Source of the DNA: Candidatus Latescibacterota bacterium
GTDB taxonomy: Bacteria; Latescibacterota; UBA2968
DNA: 64,000 nucleotides
Reading direction: 5' to 3'
Assembly: GCA_965208125.1 (NCBI GenBank)
Contig: OZ242320.1
Span: 4,608,001-4,672,000 of the forward strand
Under the pieces are notes generated by a model. The model ran no database searches, was not told the origin of the DNA, and worked only from the letters and a program-made list of their open reading frames with translations. The position numbers and the translations under genes are program-made. Below, piece after piece: positions 16,696 to 27,650 of the stretch; positions within the stretch are counted from its first letter, which is position 1; every line of letters begins with the position of its first letter.

Positions 16696-18126
16696 TTATG
16701 CAACGCCCCAGCCAGGATACTTATCCGGATCCGCAAACTCCTGTCCCAATTCCAAAAAGCCACGGGGGCCACGCCTGCCGTATTCAAATGGATCTTTTGT
16801 ACCTTCCATCCAGCGATGCAATCTTTCTTCCATTTCTTGAAGTGCTGGCCGCGCTTCAGCAGAATTCGCCAGGTTAACCATCTCGAGCGGATCTTCCTGC
16901 CGGTCAAACAGCCAGGGACCTCGCTCATTAGCAAACCAACGCGCATACGTATAGCGTTCGGTACGCACACCGCGCCAGCGCCCAACCCAACCGTCGCGAT
17001 TGGGCCAACCATGTGCCATATTCTGCAAATAGACAGACTCCGATCCACCAGGCGTTAACTCCGTATCTGCAGGTGCTTTACCACCCTGCCACACGCTCGA
17101 AATATCTCGCCCTTGCAGACCTTGTGGTAACGGCACGCCACAAGCACCAAGCAATGTAGGTACAATATCAATCGCACCGAAGAAAGCATCCGTTCGCGTA
17201 CCAGCTTCAATAGCATCAGGCCAACGCACCACAAACGGCACATGGCAAGATTCTTCATAAGGTGTTGCCTTTGAAGCCCGCATCGACTCGTCCAACCATC
17301 TACTACTGGGTTTGCCATACCCATGGCTTGAAAGGTGATCTCCATGATCTGATGTATAACAGACAATTGTATTATCCTTGACCCCCAGGCGATCCAGCGC
17401 TTCTAACAATCGCCCCATCTCTGCATCAAGTCCTGTACAGCACCCGTAATAGTCTGCAAGTTCCTCATGTGCCCATGCTTTCATCTCGTCTGGTACATTG
17501 CCCGGCACATCCATGTCCGCAGGATCATAAATATTATATTCGTCGGGATACTGCTTATATGGCCAGTGAGGAGGTCGCCAGGACACAAAGACGGCAAATG
17601 GATCATCTGTTCGGGCACTTAGGTGTTTTTCTATAAATTGAATAGCCAAATCCGTTTCGTTCGTTGGTGCCCAGCCTCCGTAAAAGTTCGGTCCCTCATC
17701 GTTTTCGTAATAGGTTCTGTCGAAGTAGGCGCCCCGCCCTCTCCCGCCTGCCAGCGCCGCAAGATAATCCAGCCCGTATCGATTGTCGTCGCCGTACGGC
17801 CCTTTACCCAGATGCCAGGTACCCACATGCGCAGTGCCATACCCATGCTCGCGCAAAGTGCCTGGCAAGGTTGGGATATCTCGTCGCGGACTGTACTCAT
17901 TATCAATTACCAAATTTTGCCAACCATACCGACCGGTTAACAAAATAGCTCGATAAGGCGAACACAACGGGTGGTTGGAAAACATATTGTCACACACCAT
18001 TCCTTCAGCTGCCATAGCATCCAAAACAGGCGTTTGGATTACGTCATTGCCATTCGCACCCAGCGCGCTATAACGCTGCTGATCAGAAAATACGAACAGA
18101 ATATTTGGGCGTTTCTCATTACTCAT
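16696..18126 (-). CDS. Cys-type sulfatase, no signal peptide
   Basis: RPNILFVFSDQQR, CSPYR, GTWH (Lys replaced by Thr), SDHG, DPLEMVNL. Confidence 0.92.
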   Translation of the reverse strand: MSNEKRPNILFVFSDQQRYSALGANGNDVIQTPVLDAMAAEGMVCDNMFSNHPLCSPYRAILLTGRYGWQNLVIDNEYSPRRDIPTLPGTLREHGYGTAHVGTWHLGKGPYGDDNRYGLDYLAALAGGRGRGAYFDRTYYENDEGPNFYGGWAPTNETDLAIQFIEKHLSARTDDPFAVFVSWRPPHWPYKQYPDEYNIYDPADMDVPGNVPDEMKAWAHEELADYYGCCTGLDAEMGRLLEALDRLGVKDNTIVCYTSDHGDHLSSHGYGKPSSRWLDESMRASKATPYEESCHVPFVVRWPDAIEAGTRTDAFFGAIDIVPTLLGACGVPLPQGLQGRDISSVWQGGKAPADTELTPGGSESVYLQNMAHGWPNRDGWVGRWRGVRTERYTYARWFANERGPWLFDRQEDPLEMVNLANSAEARPALQEMEERLHRWMEGTKDPFEYGRRGPRGFLELGQEFADPDKYPGWGVA

Positions 18127-18145
18127 GGGGATTCCTTTCATGTGG

Positions 18146-20983
18146 TTACAGGAGGGTCTTGAGCATGTTGCTCAGTAAACGATCCGCTACCGGGTCTGTG
18201 CCCAGGTTTTCGACAATGCGATGAGTACACAGGACATATTTGCCATTGCCGTGGGAGATTGGTGCCAGATCAGCGCCGTGAAAGGCTTCAGTGACGCCGA
18301 TGTAGTTCTGTTTGTGTTTGAGGCCCGCATACCAATCGTAGGTGATGTTGCCGCCGATCCAATCGGTTTTGGGTTCTACAATAGACCATTGGGAGGAGAT
18401 GTTTTGATATTCTTGTCCCATCAGGCAATTTGAGGGCAAGCCCTCGTAGAAGGGGTGATTTTTGACGACATGACTGCAAGGGGTCCATAATCCTTTGCCG
18501 GAGTAGAGTGATAGTGGGAATGGGAAAAGGGTGTCTTTGTCGATGTGGCGATACATACGACTTTTTCCTGGCTCCATTTTGAGAAGGTGCATGGCTGGCA
18601 GGTTGAGGAAGAGTGCTGTGCCGCCGTTTTCAACCCATGTGGCGAGATCGGCGAAGCGGGTATCGGGTTTGCCGTTCCAGCCCTGGAGGTTGACGAGTGC
18701 GACCTGGTCTGTGGGTGTTTGAGTGGAGAAGTCGGTGGTGTTGGAAAGGTATCTGCCGAGTGCGCCGTTGAGGTCGATTGTCGCTATGGGTACATCTGGA
18801 ATAGCGGATTTGCTTTTGTCGAGGACGTAGATGCTGGATTGATTTTTGATGGGTTCTGCTTCGCCAGATGTGAATGTCACTTCGATCTGGCATAGACCTT
18901 CGACGCCACTGGTGTTGATTTCGTAAGTCGCCAGGTCTGTAATGCCGGTGGGTATTTTTATTTGTTCGTTTGTGTCGAGAAGATTTTGTCTGTCGTGTGT
19001 GGTGACGCTCAGGGAGAGTGTGCCCGATAGATCGTTTTTGTCATTGACAGTGGTGAGCAGGATTTGAACAGATTCGCCTGCATAGGCATTTTGTGAACTG
19101 GGGCGAATGGCGACATAACGGTCGGCAAATACTTCTTTGATGGCGTAATAGGGTCCTTTGGGATTGCGGAAGTTGTCGATTAAGCCAGCCCCCAGGATCC
19201 AGTCGCCGTCGTTGAGTGCGTGGATGCCGATACCCGCGATGTCGGGATTGATGCGGCAGGCTTCGGTCATGAGTTTATTGCCTGTGGCGTGTATTTTCTG
19301 GCAGGCTTGCACAAAGGCGTGGAAGTTGGGAAAGATCTGGTCTGTTTCGGTTTCGCGGAAGACTGAGAGATAAGAATTGAGTAGGCGTTCGTGCATGCGG
19401 TAATCCGGTGTGATTGGATTTCCCTCTTTTTTGTACTGTTCAAAATTTGCTTCGAGGTCGGGGATACTGCCATACCCGAGTTCTGAAATATTGGTGAGTA
19501 GGTCGGGTTTGATTTTGCTGTTGGTAAATTGGGCGATTTCTAATCCCATTTCTTTGAGTTGTGCCTCGGTTTTGCCGAGTGCGAGCAAATTGTCGTAACT
19601 GCTTTGGGCAAAGGGTGTGCCGGGATAGTTGTGTACATCGTTGATGACAATGGGTTCGTAGGATCCGGGGAGGTAAATACTGCATCCATCGGCAAATCCA
19701 CCGGCTTCGTCGATGATCATGCGGGAGTGATCGCATTCACGAGCTTTTAAGGATACGCTATGTTTGAGGCGTTTGAGGCCGTCGCGCATGATTTCATTAA
19801 ACATTTCCCAGATGACGATGGAGGGGTGATTGCGATCGCGTTTGACCATTTCCGTGGCTTCATTTTCGATGCGCTGTTGGGTGTAGGGGGTGATCTGCGG
19901 CCAGTTGTCCATGCATTCGACGGGGAGTGCGCCTACAAATAAGACGCCCATTTCGTCTGCGAGGTCATATACGATTGGCGGTTGGGGTTTGCGCCACGGG
20001 CGGATCATGTTGATGTTGCCGTCTTTGATAAGCTGAAATTCTTTTTTTAGAAGATTGAGGTCGCGTGGGTATGCGAGGGAGTGTGGATAGAAGGCTTCGT
20101 TGAAGGTGGTTTTGAGGATGATTTTTTCGCCGTTTAAGTAGAAGTTTTTGCCTTTGGCTGTAAATTCTCGGAAGCCGAAGCGCGTTTGTTCAATATCTGA
20201 GGTTTCACTCCCAAGGGCGACTGTGGTGGTGACGATGTAGAGATTGGGTTCGTCGAGTTGCCAGAGCTTGTGGTTTGCGATGATGAATATTTCTTTGTGG
20301 TGACTTGTGCCAGGATTCAGGTTGATCGTTTTTTCACCAGAGGCGACCTGTGTCCCGCTTTTGTATTCTGTGATCGACCAGGTGATGGTCGCGGGTTGTA
20401 TTTTTAAATCCCGATTTTGAAATGTGCTGGCGATATTGATTTCGCCCGTGTGGATGTCGGATGTAACGAATGTGTCGTCAACGTACACGGGTCCCGTAGC
20501 GATGAAGGAAACCGATTGCCATATACCACCGGCGATTGCGCCGCGCCAGTGGGGCATGTCATCGCGGCCCAGGCCATCGATGACCACGTCGCGGAGGATG
20601 AGTGGGGTGATGACGCGAACGGCGATGAAGTTTTCGCCTTCGGTTAAGAGGTCGTCTATCAGGAGTTCAAAGCCGATGTATCCGCCTTCGTGCGCGCCAG
20701 CGGCTTCGCCATTGACCCAGATTTCTGCGCGGTAGTTGACTGCTTCAAAATGCAGGCGGATTGTTTTGTTTTGCCAGTCGGGTGGAAGTGTGAAGGTTTT
20801 GCCGTACCAGGCGACACCTTCATAATCTTGTTCGAATTCTTCGAGACATGCGGGAACGGTTATTTGTTCCAAGTCTGTGCAGGCGTAGAAATTTTCGCGA
20901 TGCTGTAAGTTGAGCGTGCGGCCCTTGTTGTCGTGATCGTAAATAACTTGCCAGATTCCGTCGAGTGGGTGGGTTTGTTTCAT
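18146..20983 (-). CDS. Glycoside hydrolase family 2 (beta-galactosidase/glucuronidase-like)
   Basis: YEGVAWY, FEAVNY, HEGGY, FGFREF, DRNHPSIVIWEMFNE (acid/base), ISELG (nucleophile). Confidence 0.9.
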   Translation of the reverse strand: MKQTHPLDGIWQVIYDHDNKGRTLNLQHRENFYACTDLEQITVPACLEEFEQDYEGVAWYGKTFTLPPDWQNKTIRLHFEAVNYRAEIWVNGEAAGAHEGGYIGFELLIDDLLTEGENFIAVRVITPLILRDVVIDGLGRDDMPHWRGAIAGGIWQSVSFIATGPVYVDDTFVTSDIHTGEINIASTFQNRDLKIQPATITWSITEYKSGTQVASGEKTINLNPGTSHHKEIFIIANHKLWQLDEPNLYIVTTTVALGSETSDIEQTRFGFREFTAKGKNFYLNGEKIILKTTFNEAFYPHSLAYPRDLNLLKKEFQLIKDGNINMIRPWRKPQPPIVYDLADEMGVLFVGALPVECMDNWPQITPYTQQRIENEATEMVKRDRNHPSIVIWEMFNEIMRDGLKRLKHSVSLKARECDHSRMIIDEAGGFADGCSIYLPGSYEPIVINDVHNYPGTPFAQSSYDNLLALGKTEAQLKEMGLEIAQFTNSKIKPDLLTNISELGYGSIPDLEANFEQYKKEGNPITPDYRMHERLLNSYLSVFRETETDQIFPNFHAFVQACQKIHATGNKLMTEACRINPDIAGIGIHALNDGDWILGAGLIDNFRNPKGPYYAIKEVFADRYVAIRPSSQNAYAGESVQILLTTVNDKNDLSGTLSLSVTTHDRQNLLDTNEQIKIPTGITDLATYEINTSGVEGLCQIEVTFTSGEAEPIKNQSSIYVLDKSKSAIPDVPIATIDLNGALGRYLSNTTDFSTQTPTDQVALVNLQGWNGKPDTRFADLATWVENGGTALFLNLPAMHLLKMEPGKSRMYRHIDKDTLFPFPLSLYSGKGLWTPCSHVVKNHPFYEGLPSNCLMGQEYQNISSQWSIVEPKTDWIGGNITYDWYAGLKHKQNYIGVTEAFHGADLAPISHGNGKYVLCTHRIVENLGTDPVADRLLSNMLKTLL

Positions 20984-21012
20984 GGGTTGAAAAGTTCCTT
21001 TTCTATACGAGC

Positions 21013-22020
21013 TTATGAGCTACGCGGTCGAAACCGGTTTATTGCATCGTCTGCCCGCGCGTGATTTGCATCAATCGTGCGCCCGGCATTATGCGGCGTG
21101 TGGACCACATTGTGGCGGCCAAGCAGTGGAGAATCCAAACGCACCGGTTCAATGTCCCAGACGTCTGCGGCCAGGGCGAGTTCGTCATTGAGGACCCGTT
21201 GATACAGTGTTTCGGTGTCGCAGATCGCTGCGCGTGTCACCAGAACGACGAGCGATTGATGCGGCAATGTGCGAATGGCCTCCGGGCCAACCAGCCCACG
21301 CGTATCGTCCTTCAGGGGGACCATCGGGGCAAAAATATCGGCGTCTTTCACGAGTTCTGAGAGATCGAAGCATCGCTTGACACCGGCGAGTGTAAATGAT
21401 GCCTCCGGAGCAAATGGATCCCAGACAGCCACATCTGCTCCCATGTTCGAACACCACGAAGCGTACCGTCCGCCAATATTACCTATGCCAACGACGCGTA
21501 CTCGCTTCCCTGCAATGGTGCCGCTCACAAAGCGTGGGTCGTCGCCAAATTGGGCACCCCTTTGTCCGGGTTTGCCAACGTCTGGTTTGTATTGCCAGGT
21601 CTCGTGGCTCTCCATCATCTCCACGTAGGTCTGCGGTATCCGCCGCAATGCACTTATTGTGAGTCCGAGCGCAAACTCGGCAACTGTTTGCCCCCATTGA
21701 ATGGTACCACGAGGGCGAATTATGTTCACCCCACGGGCGTGTGCGCTATCGAGGCCAGCGTTTGATTGGCCTGCTGGATCATGGTAGAGTTCCTCAAGAC
21801 CAGAAAATGGCTCAAGATCCTCAGTGTCAGCCGGAAGGCCAAGGAGGACGAGCCGATGTACCGATGAAGGATTCTCCACCATCTGTGGCGCTCGGGCCCC
21901 AGATGCCTCGGTGCGATAGAGTTCGCAGTCTCCCGATTCCTGCCAGCGGCGGTTCCAGTGGTCGGCCACAAAAGGCCAGTTGGCGTCAAAGCGTTCGTGA
22001 ACACAGATTACTGATCTCAT
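21013..22020 (-). CDS. D-isomer specific 2-hydroxyacid dehydrogenase
   Basis: GIGNIG Rossmann motif, VTRA, DVWDIEP, TPHNAG. Confidence 0.88.
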   Translation of the reverse strand: MRSVICVHERFDANWPFVADHWNRRWQESGDCELYRTEASGARAPQMVENPSSVHRLVLLGLPADTEDLEPFSGLEELYHDPAGQSNAGLDSAHARGVNIIRPRGTIQWGQTVAEFALGLTISALRRIPQTYVEMMESHETWQYKPDVGKPGQRGAQFGDDPRFVSGTIAGKRVRVVGIGNIGGRYASWCSNMGADVAVWDPFAPEASFTLAGVKRCFDLSELVKDADIFAPMVPLKDDTRGLVGPEAIRTLPHQSLVVLVTRAAICDTETLYQRVLNDELALAADVWDIEPVRLDSPLLGRHNVVHTPHNAGRTIDANHARADDAINRFRPRSS

Positions 22021-22208
22021 TATTTTCTCCTTTAATAAAATAGTCTGCCAGATTCAACGCAATTTAGCTTACAAATGTATGTAAATCAAGTTTTCCAGGA
22101 GATTACCGATTATTTGTTCTGAGCATTCTCCTTGACACGCCTTCTTGAACGTCGTAGATAAGACCGATAGATCGAATGTCGGCAAAAGGCCATACGACAG
22201 GAGGAATT

Positions 22209-23594
22209 ATGGCACCAAATATTGTTTTGTTTCTTACAGATCAATTGAGACGCGATGCGTTGGGGTGTTATGGCAATGAGATTTGTCAGACGCCCAATCT
22301 GGATCAACTCGCAGAGGAAGGTGTGCGATTTGATCAGGCATATACCACAAGCCCTGTTTGTTCTCCTGCACGCGCTTCTTTGATGAGCGGTCTTTATCCG
22401 CACAATCACGGGGTGATGCTCAATACGCATATTGCGCCTGCGTGGAATAGGGGATTGTCAACAGATGTGCCGACGTTTAGCCGTTTGCTCAAAGAGGCGG
22501 GATATGTGCTGGATTATGCGGGTAAGTGGCATGTCCATCAAGATATTGGACCTGAGGAATACGGCTTTGATCGGCATGAGATGGGGAGGGGAGGGCGCGG
22601 GCAAATAGTCCCCGGTACAGAATTGACGGTTGAGTTTCCCGGAAGTTCTTTTCCTGTGGCGGGTACAGGTGAGATGTCGCCAGAAGAGTATAAAACGTGG
22701 ACGGTGACGGATTGTGGGATCGAGATGTTGCGCGAACGGGCAGGAGGAGACAAGCCGTTTTTTTTGCGGATTGATGCAACAGCACCTCATTTTGCCAATA
22801 TTGTTCCGGAGCCTTATGCGTCGATGTACGATCCTGAATCCATTCCACCCTGGCCAAATTTTGACGAATCCTTTGAAGGCAAACCCGCGGCTCATTTGCG
22901 CAAACATCGAGAATGGAATCTTCAAGATAAAGATTGGGCGTGGTGGCGACAGGTGGTTGCCAAGTATTACGGCGATGTGTCTCTGATTGATACCTGCGTG
23001 GGGCGCCTGCTGGATGCGATACGGGAATGTGGGATTGAGGATAATACGATATTCCTCTTCAGTACAGATCACGGAGATGCCATGGGCAGTCACAAGCATT
23101 TTGAAAAATCCGGTACTATGTACGATGAAGTGTTTCGGATCCCATTGCTGATGAAAGTGCCGGGGGGCGTGAGTCGCAATGTGTCGCAATTTGTTCGGCT
23201 GATGGATTTGATGCCTACATTTGTCGAATGGGGTGGTGGGAAATTGCCCGATGGATTGGATGCGAGGAGTTTGGTGCCGCTTGTAAATGGCGATGATCCC
23301 GATGATTGGGCAGACAGTGTGTATTGCGAAAGCCACGGTGAGGTGTGGGGATATAGTTCTCAGCGAATGGTGCGGACGGAGAAATGGAAATACGTTTATA
23401 CACCTCACGACCTGGATGAATTATACGATCTCGAAGTCGATCCCGCGGAGATGAATAATCGGATTGATGATCCGATGTGCGCCGATGTGTTAGAGAATAT
23501 GAAAGGTCGCTTGTTGGGATGGAATGACGCGACCAATGATATGTTTCAGTGGCATTGGGTGAGATTCAATTTTCCCGAGCCGATTGCGCCGTAA
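22209..23594 (+). CDS. Cys-type sulfatase
   Basis: AGGAGG RBS; PNIVLFLTDQLR, CSPAR, GKWH, TDHG, ELYDLEVDP. Confidence 0.93.
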   Translation: MAPNIVLFLTDQLRRDALGCYGNEICQTPNLDQLAEEGVRFDQAYTTSPVCSPARASLMSGLYPHNHGVMLNTHIAPAWNRGLSTDVPTFSRLLKEAGYVLDYAGKWHVHQDIGPEEYGFDRHEMGRGGRGQIVPGTELTVEFPGSSFPVAGTGEMSPEEYKTWTVTDCGIEMLRERAGGDKPFFLRIDATAPHFANIVPEPYASMYDPESIPPWPNFDESFEGKPAAHLRKHREWNLQDKDWAWWRQVVAKYYGDVSLIDTCVGRLLDAIRECGIEDNTIFLFSTDHGDAMGSHKHFEKSGTMYDEVFRIPLLMKVPGGVSRNVSQFVRLMDLMPTFVEWGGGKLPDGLDARSLVPLVNGDDPDDWADSVYCESHGEVWGYSSQRMVRTEKWKYVYTPHDLDELYDLEVDPAEMNNRIDDPMCADVLENMKGRLLGWNDATNDMFQWHWVRFNFPEPIAP

Positions 23595-23617
23595 ATAACG
23601 AAAAACAAAGGTAAGGC

Positions 23618-24547
23618 ATGGAATATCGCGAGTTGGGAAAAACGGGTTTGAAAGTCTCGGTGCTGAGTTACGGGGCATCTGGTTTGGGCAGTATTTATGG
23701 AACGCCCGATGAAGCTCGGGGAATCAAAGCTGTGCATACAGCTATTGACTGTGGGATCAATTTGATTGATACCTCGCCGCTTTACGGTGGGACAAAATCG
23801 GAGAGCGCGCTGGGGAAGGCTTTGAAGGAGATTCCGCGAGACAAATATTATCTGGCAACCAAAGTTGGGCGTTATGCCGGTGGGGTGTCCGATTTTTCAG
23901 TTAGGCGAATCGTGGAAAGTATGGATGAGAGCCTTATGCGATTGGGGTTGGATTATGTGGATATTTTCCAGTGTCACGATATCGATTTTGTCTCGCTGGA
24001 CCAGATTGTAGAGGAAGCTCTTCCCACTTTGCGGCGGTTGCAAGAACAGGGGAAGACCAGATTTGTGGGCATCACCGGATTTCCGTTAAAAGTCTATCGA
24101 TATGTGCTCGATCGGGCGGATGTGGATACGGTGCTGTCGTTTTGCCACTATATGCTACATGATACATCCTTTGAAATGCTGGTGCCTTATTTAAGGAAAA
24201 AGGGTATGGGGATGATCAATGCTTCACCTTTGGGGATGGGACTCTTCACTGAACGGGGACCAGCGCCAGGTCATCCCGCCACCGAAAATATCAAGCGGGT
24301 TTGTGCAAGGGCTGTGGCGTTTTGCAAGCAGAAAGGCGAGAATATCTCTAAGCTGGCTATGCAATTTGGATTGGCCAATCCAGATTTTGCAACGACGCTG
24401 GTCGGTACAACACGGCCTGAACATTTGAAAGAGAATATCGAGTGGTTAGAAACGCCGATTGATGAAATATTGCTTGCTGAGGTGCTGGAGATTCTCAAGC
24501 CGATACAGAACACAACTTGGATGCGTGGACTGCCAGAGAACAATTGA
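23618..24547 (+). CDS. Aldo/keto reductase, L-galactose/D-arabinose dehydrogenase-like
   Basis: MEYRELGKTGLKVS, IDTSPLYG, ATKVGRY, CHDID, NASPLGMGL. Confidence 0.88.
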   Translation: MEYRELGKTGLKVSVLSYGASGLGSIYGTPDEARGIKAVHTAIDCGINLIDTSPLYGGTKSESALGKALKEIPRDKYYLATKVGRYAGGVSDFSVRRIVESMDESLMRLGLDYVDIFQCHDIDFVSLDQIVEEALPTLRRLQEQGKTRFVGITGFPLKVYRYVLDRADVDTVLSFCHYMLHDTSFEMLVPYLRKKGMGMINASPLGMGLFTERGPAPGHPATENIKRVCARAVAFCKQKGENISKLAMQFGLANPDFATTLVGTTRPEHLKENIEWLETPIDEILLAEVLEILKPIQNTTWMRGLPENN

Positions 24548-24560
24548 AATACAAGTTGAT

Positions 24561-25658
24561 CTATACCGCGTATTTTTTTACCGCCTCGGGATCCAGTTCC
24601 AGGCCCAGGCCCGGCTTGTCGGGGTTGGGCGACCAGAGGCCATTGACCGGCTCGGAGAATTCTGTGTAGGTTATCCGGTCTGATTCTTCCACCGTGCCGA
24701 GGTATTCCACAATTCGCAGATTTGGGGTCGCGCAAGATAGGTGCAGGTGGATGAGCTGGTAGGCGTGTGGCGCAACGGGCAGGTTGAAGGCGTGGGCCAG
24801 GTGTGCCACTTTCATCCATTCGGTGATGCCGCCGACCCGGCCCACATCGGGCTGGACGATATCCGCTCCGCCCCGGGCGATGAGGTCTTTGAAGCCGTAT
24901 TTGGTGTACTCGTGTTCGCCGGTTGCGATGGGAATCGCGGTGGCACGAGCAATTGCGGCCAGGCCTTCGATGTCATCGGCCAGTACAGGTTCTTCAAACC
25001 AGCCGATGTTGTATTCCTCAAACGCCTGAGCCATGCGAATGGCTTGTTTGGCATAGTACCCATTGTTTGCGTCAATGAGAATCTCTACGTCATCGCCCAG
25101 TGCTTTCCGCACCGCAGATAGTCGCGCCACATCTTCACTTTCACTGCGCCCAAAATCTTTGCCGACCTTCATTTTGACGGACTTCATGCCGCGTTCTACA
25201 TAGCTGGCCTGTTCGGCAATTAATTCATCTACGCTGAAGTGGGTCCAACCGCCGCTACCGTAAACCGGGACGGTGTCCGTATAAGGACCGAGCAGTTTGT
25301 AGAGGGGGGTTTGATAATATTTGGCTTTCAGGTCCCACAGGGCAATATCGACTGCTGAAAGGGCGCAAAAGGCCAGGCCCTTGCGGCCCACACCGCGTAT
25401 GCGCCAGAACATGTCGTCCCACAATTGTTCGATGTTAAGTGGGTCCTGACTCATTAGAATGGGTTTGAGCGACCCTTCGATGATCTCACGGGCAGCCCGT
25501 GCGCCCCCTCCGGTGCCCAACCCTTCCAAGCCTTCATCGGTGACGATGTGGACAAAGCACTGCGTTCTGCCCTGTTCAAGGTGACGAATGGTGGCGTCCT
25601 GGATGCCTGTCAGATGAGGCATCGACAGGACGGTTGTTTTTACATCTGTAATTTGCAC
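24561..25658 (-). CDS. Mandelate racemase family enzyme (talarate/galactarate dehydratase or anhydrogalactonate cycloisomerase-like subgroup)
   Basis: SAVDIALWDL, KMK, DAN, EEP, GEH, QPD, APH; canonical active-site set. Confidence 0.9.
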   Translation of the reverse strand: MQITDVKTTVLSMPHLTGIQDATIRHLEQGRTQCFVHIVTDEGLEGLGTGGGARAAREIIEGSLKPILMSQDPLNIEQLWDDMFWRIRGVGRKGLAFCALSAVDIALWDLKAKYYQTPLYKLLGPYTDTVPVYGSGGWTHFSVDELIAEQASYVERGMKSVKMKVGKDFGRSESEDVARLSAVRKALGDDVEILIDANNGYYAKQAIRMAQAFEEYNIGWFEEPVLADDIEGLAAIARATAIPIATGEHEYTKYGFKDLIARGGADIVQPDVGRVGGITEWMKVAHLAHAFNLPVAPHAYQLIHLHLSCATPNLRIVEYLGTVEESDRITYTEFSEPVNGLWSPNPDKPGLGLELDPEAVKKYAV

Positions 25659-25850
25659 GGTGATGTTCTCCTGAGAGGTGTTATGATATTATGATCTGCT
25701 GCATCTATTTAGACCAGAAGACGCCAACCCGTGTTCCCAGTACTCTGGAAAGGATAGGAGCGATCCGGTCTAGAGTGGATCTGACGAATGTCCTTGACAG
25801 AAGAGTATGCTTCTCAAATCATAGAAAAGAAAAGAGGAGGATAAAATAGT

Positions 25851-26381
25851 ATGAGTGAAACAATAAATCTACATTGGTCTTTCAATCACGACAGAAAGGA
25901 GCAGGGACAATCTCCAGATTTTGCACAGCAGTTTCGTTCCCTGGTAAAGGGGACGCTGGAAGCGACAGCCTCCGGGGATCACGGAGGAGAAGTTACTCGC
26001 TATACGATTCTCCCCAATTTCAGGCGCGGCTATAAAGGTCCGGCAGACGGCGATGACCTGTCCGTGGGCGAGGTGGTGATCCGCCAGACGGTCAGGGGTG
26101 AGAATCGCCTGAACTATTCTGTTGTGTACAGAAACGCTGCGAGCGGAGAACTTATGGATATGCAATTTGCATCCAATAGGGATGCATTTCGCACGTTGAC
26201 CGGTACCTGGTCTGTGCACGTAGAGAACTGCGCTGGAGACGGTTACAAGGAATTTTCCTGTGACGGACATCTGGAAGAGGACGGCTCTGTTTTCCTTACG
26301 ACCAATGGACTGGATTTGCAAGCGGGTTCGGCCGATCTATCCGCACCACTGACCTGTAACTGGGCTGGAACAGATATTTGA
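25851..26381 (+). pseudogene. Hypothetical protein, probably 3'-truncated at about 26361 by fusion to a sulfatase remnant
   Basis: Strong GAGGAGG RBS; the last codons overlap a different-frame sulfatase C-terminus. Confidence 0.55.
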
Positions 26382-26604
26382 TCTGGCCGAAGATCCCAGC
26401 GAGACGCACAATCTGGCATATCAGCCGGAAATGCGGGAAATGCTCAAAAGATTCAGGCAATTGATGATGGATTTTGAGGGGCAACTGAACCGGCGAAGGA
26501 TGACGGCCCAACGGCCTGCTACGCAATTGCTCAATTGGGGAAAGCAAATTCGGGGATATTGGGATGCACATCCCGAGTTGGAGGGGATGCGGATAAAGCT
26601 ATGA
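26362..26604 (+). pseudogene. Orphan sulfatase C-terminal fragment
   Basis: Own translation: GLEQIFDLAEDPSETHNLAYQPEMREMLKRFRQLMM...MRIKL*; contains the sulfatase ExxDLxxDPxExxNL motif; no start or N-terminal domain. Confidence 0.8.
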
Positions 26605-26651
26605 TCCGCAATGGGAAGGCGTGTTCGTATCCGGGACCGATTCGCAAATAA
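26604..26651 (+). pseudogene. 3' remnant of a PhyH paralog of 29091-29882
   Basis: IRNGKACSYPGPIRK* versus IRNGMACSYPGPIR* at 29838-29882; 38/41 nt identical. Confidence 0.85.
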
Positions 26652-26786
26652 AGTGCGATTCATCACAAAAATTTTTTAAAGAGTAATCACTATGCAAAAA
26701 CCAATTGATAAATTTGCCGATTTAGCTTTGGGGACAAGATACAGAGACAAACGATTTTGGAAAGCTGCAAAACTACGGAGGATGTT

Positions 26787-27650
26787 ATGTCTGTATCTGA
26801 AATAATTGAATCTCATGTTGGGCAAATGAAAGCAGAGGGCTGGTGTTTGGTCGAAGGGGTGATTCCTGAGGATCAGGTCGATTCTCTTTGTGATCATGTG
26901 CAGGAGGGTCATAAAAATGGTCTGAAGTATTATGAAGAGATCGGTGGTTCACTTGTGTTTCAATCTGACGCAGAGGGCAAACCTCATAGAAATGCAGTTT
27001 CGTTTATTCCCGGTCTTGCAGCTTATTTTGGCGATGAACGCGTGGTGGGCATTGCAAAGGCACTGTTGGATCCGCATCACATACGTATTGCACAGACGGA
27101 GTTTAAGACACGGCAACCCGGTGAGCGAAAGATGGGTCACCGGGGGTGGCATTCAGATTTTCCACACGATTTGACAGACCGAGAACGGGCAGGTGCTTTT
27201 ATAATGCCGTTTCCCAATGTGGTGGCAGGGATTACGGCATTATGGATGTTGTCGGATTTTTCACCAGAGAATGGTGGCACCTGGGTGGTGCCTCGCAGCC
27301 ATCGGGATTTGCGGAATCCGCGGAGTCACTTGGACCCGCGCAATCCGCCAGAAGTGCACGATGATATTCCGATCAAGCAATCGATCCTGGGCGAGATTCA
27401 GCTGGAAGGAAAAGCAGGGAGTGTGGTGATGATCGACAGTCGAATCTGGCATACGGCGGGAAATAATCCGAGCGATGAACCGCGAGTGACGATGCTGACG
27501 CGGTATTCGCCATGGTGGATGAATCTGGAATTTGGGGGGCGTAATCAGGCAATGGTGCCGAGGGAGATTTATGAAAGGTTTCCTGAGGAAGTAAAGTTGC
27601 TGTATAAGCATCGGGTTGAGGGGGAGGCGAATCCTATTCAGCGATATTAA
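26787..27650 (+). CDS. PhyH family dioxygenase
   Basis: GGAGG RBS; GWHSD, NGGTWVVPRSH, IWHTAGNN...R. Confidence 0.9.
   Translation: MSVSEIIESHVGQMKAEGWCLVEGVIPEDQVDSLCDHVQEGHKNGLKYYEEIGGSLVFQSDAEGKPHRNAVSFIPGLAAYFGDERVVGIAKALLDPHHIRIAQTEFKTRQPGERKMGHRGWHSDFPHDLTDRERAGAFIMPFPNVVAGITALWMLSDFSPENGGTWVVPRSHRDLRNPRSHLDPRNPPEVHDDIPIKQSILGEIQLEGKAGSVVMIDSRIWHTAGNNPSDEPRVTMLTRYSPWWMNLEFGGRNQAMVPREIYERFPEEVKLLYKHRVEGEANPIQRY

Noticed and set aside
22132-22160. TTGACA-17 nt-TAGATA sigma70-like promoter
   Set aside because: The -10 element lacks the conserved final T; plausible but not supportable without TSS data
22458-23408. 316-aa minus-strand ORF; similar cases at 27686-28366, 37777-38760 and 56656-57714
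   Set aside because: Antisense shadows of sulfatase genes, a common artefact of their codon usage
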